Source: Corallochytrium limacisporum Hawaii (Eukaryota > Protista > Pluriformea). From it: a stretch of 64,000 nt of DNA. The notes under the pieces are model-generated. The model did no database searches, was not told where the DNA came from, and was given only the letters and a program-made list of their open reading frames with translations. The position numbers and the translations under genes are program-made. How positions within the stretch are numbered: the stretch's first letter is position 1; every line of letters begins with the position of its first letter. This document shows positions 54,677-64,000 of the stretch, piece by piece. The DNA lies in NCBI GenBank assembly GCA_002811645.1, contig PDIP01000003.1, positions 558,001 through 622,000 of the forward strand, read 5' to 3'.

Positions 54677-56638
54677 ATGCCACCTCACAACGAAGCTTTC
54701 CCAAGTAAGCGCCAGAAGCTGAACGACAAGGTTCAGGCCTTCAAGTTGAACGTTGACAAGTATCTTCAGGGCACCGAGCCATCCAAAGTTGTCCTCGCCT
54801 CTGCGTGGCTGATTAGCGACAATGTCATTGTAGATCTCTTCAAGCGGTTCGCTCCGGAACATTTTCCCACTGTCGTCGCTGTCGACACCCTGCATCTCTT
54901 CCCCGAGACCCATGATGTTCTGAACGAGATGGAGGAAAAGTACGACTTCAAGACCAAATTGTACAAGCCCGTCGATTGCGAGACTCAGGAAGACTTCAAC
55001 AAGAAGTTCGGCAAGCATGAAGTCCTGACCTTTGCTGACTTTGACAAGCACTCAAAGATTGAGCCCATCACTCGCGGCTTCGAGGAGGCCCAGAAAGAAA
55101 TTGTTATCACTGGCCGCCGTATGGACCAGGGCAACGCGCGCACCGAAATGGCTATCTTCGAAGAGGATAAGAAGACCTTTAATCCACTTGCTGAGTGGTC
55201 TTGGGAAGATGTGGTCGACTACGTCATGGCCAACAATGTGCCTTACAATCCTCTGCACAAGAAAATCTACATCTCTGGCAAAGCGGTGAAACCAATCAAT
55301 CGCGACGACCTGACTCAGTTCCAAACCAAGGTGCTGGACCGCCCCTACTTCTCCTACGCTGAAAGCGAAATCAATAGCTATGGTGCCAATGTCTACGTCT
55401 GGAAATCCTTCGGCGACATCCACTCTACTGTGCCCGTTGCCTACAGCGATAGCGAGCGCGCCGGACGCTTCGTTGGTCGTGAGCAGACTGAATGTGGTAT
55501 TCACACTCGCGTCGCTGGCAAGCACACTCCCCACGGCGGTGTACTGATTAACTGCCTGGTTGGTGAGGATCACACTGAGGTTGCTCAGCATTACATTGAA
55601 ATGACCGAGCGCCAGGTCTGCGACTTTGAACTCATCTCAAACGGCGGTTTCAGCCCCTTGAAAGGATTTATGACTAAGGTCGAGTATGACAAGGTTGTAG
55701 CCCACATGCGCCTGCCGGAAGAGCAACTATTTGGCCTGCCTGTGACCATGGACACCGACAATGAGGCACTCAAGGTTGGTGACGTTGTTGAGTTGACCTA
55801 CACTCCCTTTAACGCCAAGGGCTACATGACAGTGACCGACAAGTGGATACCCGATCGCAGTGTTGAAGGTGAGAAGGTCTATGGTACCGCCAGCGATGAA
55901 CACCCCGCTGTGAACCACCTTCTCAATGAAAAGAAGAAGTACAATATTGGCGGTCCCGTGCGCTGCGTCCGTCTCCCACAGCGAGACTGGGTGAAGTGTG
56001 TGACTCCTAAGGAATTGCGCGCCCGCAACGGCGACAAGAACGTGATCGCTTTCCAGAGTCGCAATCCTCTGCACCGTGCCCATGTGGAAATGTTCATCCG
56101 CGTTGCCGCTGAGTACGACGCTGAAGTGCTGGTACACCCTGTAATTGGACCGACTAAGGGAGATGATGTTCCCGCCACTGTACGCAAGCAGACGTATGAT
56201 GTTCTGGCGCAAGAGCTTGACCACGTTCAGTTCGAATATCTGCCCTACAACATGATGGTCGGAGGTCCGCGTGAGGCCCTCCAGCACGCCCTGGTTCGCA
56301 AGAACTATGGTTGCACTGGTATGATCGTTGGCCGTGACCACGCTGGCTGCAAGAACAAGGCCGGTGAGGACTTCTATGGACCGTACGAGGCCCACGATCT
56401 GCTGAAGCCTCTGGCAAAGGAGCTCGGCATGGACATTGTCTTCTTTATGCAGATGGTGTACACCGAAGAGACCAAGTCCTACATCCCCATTGGCGAGGCC
56501 AAGCAGGCTGGATACAGCCCCATGAGCATCTCCGGCACTAAGTTCCGCAAGATGCTTACCAATGGAGATCATATTCCTGAGTGGTTTGCCTTCCCAAATG
56601 TTGTCGCCATCCTCCGCCAGTACTACTCATCCGAGTGA
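54677..56638 (+). CDS. bifunctional APS/PAPS reductase (CysH family, FeS-less APR-B-like) - ATP sulfurylase (Sat/MET3 type) fusion
   Basis: Reductase motifs: VDTLHLFPET, KIEP, ITGRRMDQG, NPLAEWSWEDV, PYNPLH, SFGDIHST, ERAGRF, ECGIH. Sulfurylase starts 8 aa later: PHGG, CDFELISNGGFSPLKGFM, AFQSRNPLHRAH, GPREALQHALVRKNYGCT..IVGRDHAG, ISGTKFR, IPEWF. Preferred start is the ATG in TTCAACATG at 54677 (same context as MET10); in-frame ATGs exist upstream at 54584 and 54614. Confidence 0.93.
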   Translation: MPPHNEAFPSKRQKLNDKVQAFKLNVDKYLQGTEPSKVVLASAWLISDNVIVDLFKRFAPEHFPTVVAVDTLHLFPETHDVLNEMEEKYDFKTKLYKPVDCETQEDFNKKFGKHEVLTFADFDKHSKIEPITRGFEEAQKEIVITGRRMDQGNARTEMAIFEEDKKTFNPLAEWSWEDVVDYVMANNVPYNPLHKKIYISGKAVKPINRDDLTQFQTKVLDRPYFSYAESEINSYGANVYVWKSFGDIHSTVPVAYSDSERAGRFVGREQTECGIHTRVAGKHTPHGGVLINCLVGEDHTEVAQHYIEMTERQVCDFELISNGGFSPLKGFMTKVEYDKVVAHMRLPEEQLFGLPVTMDTDNEALKVGDVVELTYTPFNAKGYMTVTDKWIPDRSVEGEKVYGTASDEHPAVNHLLNEKKKYNIGGPVRCVRLPQRDWVKCVTPKELRARNGDKNVIAFQSRNPLHRAHVEMFIRVAAEYDAEVLVHPVIGPTKGDDVPATVRKQTYDVLAQELDHVQFEYLPYNMMVGGPREALQHALVRKNYGCTGMIVGRDHAGCKNKAGEDFYGPYEAHDLLKPLAKELGMDIVFFMQMVYTEETKSYIPIGEAKQAGYSPMSISGTKFRKMLTNGDHIPEWFAFPNVVAILRQYYSSE

Positions 56639-56765
56639 TAGTGGGAATCGAAACCCATGTCAACCATATTGTTCCTAATCGTAAGCATCAGATGCCAGTA
56701 TATTCATAGTTTTTTACCTTGCAGAGTTCTTTCAAAGCAGTGATCCTACATATCAGCGTTCGTGT

Positions 56766-56811
56766 CGATCTTGAGCACAGATGGATGGCGATCTTGGGCA
56801 CCGATAGATGG
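56766..56811. repeat. imperfect 23-bp tandem duplication
   Basis: CGATCTTGAGCACAGATGGATGG / CGATCTTGGGCACCGATAGATGG. Confidence 0.7.
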
Positions 56812-57099
56812 CGCGGAGGATGTCAGCAATGGTTGCACAAGGAGACGCAGAGTCTTCTGCCATCGACGCCAGTGGAGCAACCACTATAGTATGATTATCA
56901 CTGTCTAGTCGGGGAAATAGAAAGGTCACTCAAAATTTCACAGGCGAAGCTGCGGGAAATTTGCATTAATCTTGGTCGGACGGGGAGTGCCAAACGTCCC
57001 GACTCGATGGATTAGGTGTAAAAGCCGGAGACACTACAGAACTGTGCTCTATCAGTCAGCGCAAATTGCAGGTCAATATGAGTGGTCCGAAATGTTGCT

Positions 57100-59500
57100 G
57101 AAGAATCAAGTCTCTGTTGTTGGACACATACAAGGAGATCGCCATAGCGGAAGTAAGATATAGACTAGTTGATCGCAATTAGACTGCGGGTGATAGATGA
57201 AATGATAAGACATCAGTTTGTGCATTTCAGTACCAACTCGGATCTTTAGGTACCGAAAGGAGCATTCAGTGTCCCAATCATTTCTAACTCTCTTCTGCAA
57301 GATCCCTTCACTTTCAAGAATCGGATTCTTTCTAAGGACGACTCATTCGGAGTCAAGTGTTCCAGATGGAAACCTCGTGACCGTGGTCTACAACCATGGA
57401 CAATGCTACTTGGAATGTAGCCGTCCTCCTCCAATTCTGTAGGTCGTTGTGACTTCTCCTTGGCGGTCAAAGTTAGGTCGAGCACCCCAGGCCTACGCCC
57501 TAGGCCGAGAAAGATACTCATCTCGGAACGGTTCATCTTGAAATGACCCACAGCAAGTCTTCAACCATGCCTGCTGACTTGCGGAATGCCCTTTCGATAT
57601 CAATTGTCAGGTCCTCTAGCGAATGCTTCTTCTGTTGCCCTTCATTCTCCTATAATACATCTGACGTATCAACTGCTGTGTGAATGTCGTAACTGGCAGG
57701 CTTGCCTACGTAAGGCAATTCCCGGAATTCAGGTACTGGGCAATCCAAGGAGTGCTCGATCACATTGAAAATGAAGAGATGCGGTGTTTCAACAGGTCGT
57801 CTTCTGCGCTCGAGCATGTATTCAATGTGACGGCGAGATTCTCTTGAAGCAGATACTCATACGCTGGGATGACCAGTACGTCACACACACAGGCAACTAG
57901 TAGGACACCCCTGACATTCAATTGACACATGCTTAACCAAGACTGATTTCATGTTGTAAGTTTTCCTCCATATCCCATACCATGATTACCCCGTCAGAGG
58001 ACGCAGAAAGGGTCAGGTTAGCCCATGCAGTAGGACATATCGGAACCACAGAGGTACCATGATCAGATGTGATGACAGTGTGCCCATTTTTCGAAAAGTG
58101 TCCATTTGCGCTGTTCTAAGATGCGAGTAGTTGCTACTATATGGCAGGGTTCGAACATGTACAAAACCACCAGCGCAGCCAAAGGGACGAATTACCTCCT
58201 AGTAACACTTGATGTCAGTCGTTAGTTTGGCGTTCAAGTTGTAAGTGGCACAGAGATCAAAGTCAGATACCGATCCGTTTGTACAGTGAAGCTTGAAACA
58301 CTTGACTTCACAATCTGCAGCAGTGGTGAAGAGATGAGCTCTTTGCTCGATCCACTGAACATATGTTACAGTGGCATTATGTGGGTAGTTGGTATAAGAT
58401 CATGACCATTTCTGTAGAAACAGACAGCATAGCTCGTGTCGGTACCACCCAATGGCTATGCATGGCTAAGTTCGTCGTTATCTGAGGGAACTGCACAGAT
58501 GCACTTCGATTGTATCAAAGAGCCCGAAGTTCCAACCTGCGGGGTCCAAACGTCTGTCTGTGGTCAGGGCTGGATTTGAGGATAAGGACGATTCCATCAT
58601 CCGACCGCTTAGTAGAAACACAGGTATGGTGCTAGATAAGGCATCCATTGTCATGGAAATACATCGTTTGGTGGTCAGTAATGGTAGCTGCACTTGAACC
58701 CTCGCATGGCTGACCGGATTAAGGAAGATGACATCACCGAAATGGCCAGAGACCACTCGGGGTACGATCTCCAGCTCTATTGTTCCCCCTTTCGAAGATT
58801 GGCTGAAGCAGCCGTCTAGTTGGAACATGGCTGAAACTGGGCCTGCGACGTGTGCAAAAGGGCGAAAACCGGAATGTAGGCTTACCAGATCCAACGGGCC
58901 AGGCCAGATGCAGCAATCAGATTTCCAACAATGTCCATATGACCAATGGGATAGTGTAATGCGTGTTTGAAAACTGGTCCACCATTGTCCTCTATGTCCC
59001 ATGCCCGAATGCTGCCGTCAGTAGATGACGTCTGAGTAGCCTGGGTGCAATTGGCGTCATCTTTAACAGGTAAGAACCCCATTCACTTCAAGCTGTCGGA
59101 GGATCCGACCCGATGGCAGCCAAAACCTGATGTCCCCGCCGTTAACGCCACTGACTAGCATGTCATCCTTTTTGGAGTAGCAAAGGCCACAAACTGTTAG
59201 GCGATGGCACTCCAGAAACTTTCCTTGCTCTATACCGGTACTCAAACTGACACAAGAGGCGTGGTTATCCCATGCTGCCCGCACTCTCTGGTTGTATGAA
59301 CGGTGACAGACGTTGCGAGTCCATGCCTCCTCCTGGAGGCTGATGTGCACTACATGGCGCAATTCAAGTGAAGCGGCACAGGTTTATGTTCATGGCGCTG
59401 TTTCCAATACGAGCAAATCCAAATCCTGTTCACACCAACACAAAGCATTCCATTCCATTCGTCGACGAAATACATGCTGCCATGCTTACACGAGGAGTAG
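57100..59500 (-). pseudogene. decayed WD40-repeat protein gene (multiple frameshifts and stops); boundaries approximate
   Basis: Successive WD40 repeats in changing frames: CHRLTVCGLCYSKKDDMLVSGVNGGDIRFW (~59120-59210), SSTDGSIRAWD (~58995-59030), FLLSG/frameshift/SDDGIVLI (58581-58618), HNATVTYVQW...LFTTAADCEVKCF (~58295-58381), HGTSVVPI...LSASSDGVIMVWD (~57972-58060). Confidence 0.65.
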
Positions 59501-59940
59501 TCAATACCAAAGAGGGTTGACGCAGCTCCTGAGCAGCTAGATCGAGTACCACTCGTCCATCTGTCCGATGAGCCATCATCTGTTTCTTCATCTCCTTGGC
59601 AAGCAGGAAATACGTGATGTCGTGGTTACACCACTGCTCTCGATATGCACACTGACCGACCCTTGTTGATAATATTGCGACAGTCTGGAATGGCTGTATG
59701 TGTCGCATGCTACAGGACTTGGGCAACCCAGGCTTCCCCCGAGGTCCGTAGCAGCACGGAAGGGCACCGCAATGTGTTCAAGTGCCTTCTTTACCTCCTC
59801 CTCTCATCGTCTTCTATCTCGGTTTTCAATTGATCACGCCTGTACATTGGCCACAGCGGCCTGCGGCCTCATCTAGGATCTATTTGACATTGCTATGGGT
59901 GCCGATCGATTGGCCCTGCCTTCAAGTTATGCCACAGGCC

Positions 59941-59992
59941 AGCTTTGCTATGAGGCTACCGATGTTAGCTTTGGTATGAAGCTGCCGATGTT
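59941..59992. repeat. imperfect 26-bp tandem duplication
   Basis: AGCTTTGCTATGAGGCTACCGATGTT / AGCTTTGGTATGAAGCTGCCGATGTT. Confidence 0.7.
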
Positions 59993-60374
59993 CACGGTAT
60001 CCTCAACCTCCCCTGTATACGTCGTTGATTTACCTTGTGCAATGCCTACATAACAAAATCACGCAGCCGGAAAACGCTACCACCATTCCGTAGGCGAACC
60101 GCACACAGGTACATCTCTGTGAGTACTGCAATCTCTACACAACCCATCTCGTAGGGACCTGACGAGGAGTGGAGGATCGCTACTTGCAAACCCCAACCCA
60201 CTATCAAGAAAGAAATCTGCTCTATCGTGAAGGACATCAAATTTCATACGGAGGTGTTTTAAATCCTGCTAAGGGTCGGTAGCTGTTTCCTATTGGGGTT
60301 CACATCTCTAACTTCATTGACAACTGGGAGCCACTGGCGGCACAAAAAAAAAAAGGAGTCGCAAGGAATATGCA

Positions 60375-60419
60375 TATCCACCCGTTGAATTCGAACGTAT
60401 CCACCCGTAGAATTCGAAC
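60375..60419. repeat. 22-bp direct repeat (period 23) carrying B-box-like GTTCGAATT on the minus strand
   Basis: TATCCACCCGTTGAATTCGAAC g TATCCACCCGTAGAATTCGAAC; a third TTCGAACC lies at about 60430. Confidence 0.7.
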
Positions 60420-61341
60420 CACAACACGTTTCGAACCAGAACAGGTGCTGCTGATGAAGGATGCCTACGATATTGGAAGAACAGTGTAAGAAACAAAATT
60501 TATGGATACGAAGACTGTATAACAGGAAAATTGTGATCTTGTGACTTGTGGCGCATTATTTCAACTGAATACAACAAGAACGTATCATTCCCGCTCCCGC
60601 ACAGTACTTAAACACGAATGTATATTGATCAGATGCTCCAACACATGACAGGAGAAAAAGGTTTTTTGAAAAACGTTTCAGGATTTCTGTCCTGAGCACC
60701 CCATCCACATGCGACGAAGAATTCAAGCCATTCTTCAATTTAAATCCCAGCATGTACAACTTAAAGACAAAAATGGTTGTAATGAACACTTAGATGATAT
60801 GTAAGGCCAATGAAATATAATTCCGTACCTGAATGAGTGATTCACCTAGCTAGAGAGCCATAAATGTGAACTTATGAAACATGTCTCGATTGCGCTTTCA
60901 GAAATGGGGTCACCGATATCACGATCTAAAACATTGAATTGAATTACGATTTTTAGAGCTTTTCCCATTCAATGTAATTAGGGGATTTGAAAGCGAAGAA
61001 TTGAAAATCTTTTTCCAATCATGGTAACGACGTGGTGGTACAGAGCTTGCAGATATCTGGTACACATGTATATTTATGAGTGAAAAGCGTATCCCCGCAA
61101 TAGATATCTCTGAATATGTATTCGGTTGAATGGAGTTCTTCTAAACATAAGAACCTGATTTCTGATTGCCCAATACACACACCACAGAGTTCGAGAAGAA
61201 AACTTCAGAGACTCTGATGTATTGCTTAGTTGTAGGACAGTTTTGTTGTTGGAGTGAATCAAATTAAAACTTTACGATTGGTGATCGGGGTTCCCACTTC
61301 TACAGTTCCGTTTTCTCTTACACTCAAACACGACAAATGCA

Positions 61342-61462
61342 CTCTCTCTGTCTCTGGACCTCTCTCTCGCTCGCTGTCCCTCTCTCGTAGCTTCTTCTGT
61401 CTCTGTCTCTCGTCTCTCACTCTCTGTCTGTCTCTCTTCCCTCCCTCCCTCTCTATCTCTCT
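61342..61462. repeat. degenerate (CT/TC)n microsatellite
   Basis: About 120 bp of interrupted CTCT/CTGT repeats. Confidence 0.8.
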
Positions 61463-64000
61463 ATGTATATATGTCTAATGCATCAAACTGTCTTCTCCCT
61501 CTGTGCCTGCAGCAGTTTGCTCTACGGCCGCAGTTTGTCTGAATGCGCGGAACTGTTGTTGTCTTCCGCCGTACCTGCAGACCACGGCCTCGCATGCCTG
61601 CTGCTGCTGCTACACATCCAGATATTCGAGTGTGATTTTCATGACGTTCCCAGAACGCTGGATGGACTGAGGATGTGCCATCATGCTTTTATCATGGGCA
61701 ATTGGATGAGGCTAACATATCACCCTTGGACTTACACTGTTGCAAACTGGAAGTAGACACGAACCCAGCATAGATCCGTGGAGGCCGCTGCTTCCCAGAA
61801 TACAATTGTCAGTTTGACAATTCGAAGAATGCCTCTAGTTATTCATCTGTTCGGTCTCCCCTATGACACCCTCTCCCCGGGGGAGGGGGGCGCCACCGAC
61901 CCTTATGGTTGTGACAGAAATACAAAGTAAGGGTTGAGGGTCCCCAGCACAACACATACACATACTTATGGCTATCACAAGACTTCTTCCGTCTGGGCGC
62001 AAAGGATAATTAGGTATTCCACTACGTACTGAAATGAGTGGGGTTTGCTAGTTCTAACAGCAGAGTTCTCATCTCCTAATAGTTGCAATGTACGAGGAAC
62101 TGCAATATCTGAGACGCGCAGTTGTCATCCGATTGTCCGAACGTAACTCATGATATACATTCGTACTGCCGGGAGATCCGGATCCGCACAGGTTTCCCAG
62201 TACAACTCCACCTCATTTTTTTCATACTTCTTCCTTGGTACTGCTGCCTCCATATTTATATTAGCGACATATCGATATGTTACAGTGTCGTTCTTTGCCA
62301 AATCTGTCTCTTTGTGCAGATGCCACTGTGCGCAGTAGAGGTATTCTCTGCGTGTTGTGTGCTCCAGCTCTTCTGGATGTACGCGCAAATAAGGTCCGAT
62401 TTCTCGTCATTACCTCAATCGCGCTATACAAGCGCCTTTTCTTGTTTTTTAAAAAGTTCGGAATGTTCCCATCTATTCCAGCACCTGGGTGATGATAGGA
62501 TTCTCTCTGAAAGCTACATTCTATATAAAAAATGTACAATCTACTGGAGCCCATTCTCGTCGTTTGGCAATCCCGCTCTCGGGACAGTTCTTCTACATTC
62601 GCAACAGACCTTCCAGATCGAGTTATTGTGCGCAATGGACCTGTTAGGATGACGTACGTTAGGTATAAGCAGTGGTGGCGAAAGTGAACGAGAGAGCATA
62701 GCGGAGTGCACCAGGGACAGGGCCAACAAAGCCTAAGCACACAACAAAGTGTGTGCTTCTTGCAGAGCGGTCTGAATCTTCGCACTCGGCAACGATGCTA
62801 AAAAATTGCTTGGGCGGTGACAATGAAAACATGCACTATGAAGGAAAAGCAGAGAGCGCAGTATTGTTTGTGGAATTTGAATCCCACGAGAAATATTGAA
62901 AGAAACTCCCGTACCTAATGCCGAGAATGCTCCTACTGCATTGGCCTCTGCCCGATGGCAGGAACAACACAAGAATCAGAGGCAACTTTTGGTTTAGCAT
63001 TCACGGTTTCAACAGCTTGAAGTCTCCCGCCTGAATGCAACCACCCAATTTGACAGCATGTGCGAGAAAAGTGGACCTGCTGAGCAAGATGCCCGTAGAT
63101 ACTCTTCAATCTTCAACATGTAATAGAACTGTTCATTTAACAGAATTGCTGACCAGCTCGCTGTTTGGTGAGTACACTTTCATAGTGCTTCAGCTAAGAC
63201 CCCGTCCGTTGATCTCTTGGATTTCCTCGGTGGAAGTAGAGAATGAAGAACGACAACCGCCTTCGCCCTTTCTTCCCTGTCGTGTTCCTCATACTGCGAG
63301 CTACTATTAGTATGCGAGGAACACAGTGTTGTTTACAATTTGTGCAGCCGCGCAACAGTTTACAGCCCCCGCACAAACATCCGCCAGATTGGGATTCTGC
63401 TTGGCTGCGAGGACGAGGAGGCGGATTCACCAAAAAAAAAACAATAGTTCCTTAGTTATCTACATCCCGCGATATAATCCCCGAATGGAACATTGTGGTA
63501 CCAGTAAGAGGAACGCACCCAAGATGTTTCTGAACTTCAGGAGGGACACGACGCAAACGTCTTGTGGGCAACCTCCGGACGCGTTGTGTGTGCCGATGAT
63601 ATCCCAGCAGCCACAACATTTGACTGATTTGGAGGGGAAGTGTATGTTCCAAATGCTCTACCTTCACTTTCCAGTCTTCCGTCCGACATCCCTCAAAACG
63701 CCACCCATCTCCACAACGCCCCACCTCAGGCCCTTCTTCTCATTTTTTTTCTCTTCGTTTCGATTACTATTGCCTTTTCCGTTCATAGAAGAATCCCCTT
63801 TGCCTCTTCTCTCTCCATCTGTCCCCAGTGAGGTGCAATTCAAGTGAAACGTTGCTCTCTACGGGGCAAAGGGAGAATCCAACCGCCCAGATGTCGCGAA
63901 ACACATATCCGTCAGTCCACATGAAGCTTAGAGCAATACATGCCCGTACACATACTCTGACCTACATATGTACGCTTTGTCTTGGTACCTTAATAGGCGA

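Noticed and set aside
33439-56638. Bacterial contamination or a recently inserted bacterial cys operon
   Set aside because: Genes alternate strands, have kb-scale spacers and eukaryotic start contexts, show fungal-type domain architecture, and are contiguous with eukaryotic housekeeping genes.
39227-56638. Cys/Met depletion (sulfur sparing) in the pathway enzymes
   Set aside because: Met and Cys are frequent in the fusion protein and in MET10 by eye; a formal composition test would be needed.
59600-59830. F-box upstream of the WD40 remnants (Met30/SCON-2 orthologue)
   Set aside because: No frame gives a convincing LP.E....IF..L F-box pattern.
60375-60437. tRNA gene or CRISPR-like array
   Set aside because: No acceptor, D or anticodon arms; only two adjacent repeat copies without spacers, in a eukaryotic context.

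Overview
Eukaryotic, gene-dense, almost intron-less nuclear DNA. The gene content points to a unicellular opisthokont, probably a holozoan (inference): animal-type B4GALT7, RAB3GAP2 and ULK4 occur together with fungal-type sulfite reductase subunits. Bases 1-33 kb hold 16 tightly packed housekeeping genes: ULK4 (5'-partial), MRPL13, RPP30, OMA1, RPA2, GALE, ECO1/ESCO, HDAC1/RPD3, B4GALT7, RAB3GAP2, ATAD2/YTA7, IES6, a NEK kinase, NOP14, NUDT19 (one intron) and PIGG/GPI7. Bases 33.4-56.6 kb hold the main discovery: five consecutive genes forming a complete sulfate-to-sulfide assimilation cluster. They are an SLC13/TrkA-C (SLT-type) sulfate transporter, the fungal-type sulfite reductase flavoprotein (MET10-like) and hemoprotein (MET5-like) as a divergent pair, a fused siroheme synthase (CysG/MET8+MET1), and an FeS-less APS/PAPS reductase fused to ATP sulfurylase. 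The cluster appears to mix fungal-type and alga/bacterial-type parts and has much longer intergenic regions than its neighbours. It is followed by about 7 kb with no intact genes, containing a frameshifted WD40 pseudogene and short tandem duplications. Secondary signals are E2F-N4-CHR (DREAM-like) elements upstream of RPA2 and ECO1, TACTAAC branch-point introns, and a pre-miRNA-like hairpin inside the cluster. All protein calls rest on motif recognition by eye; no database searches were run.
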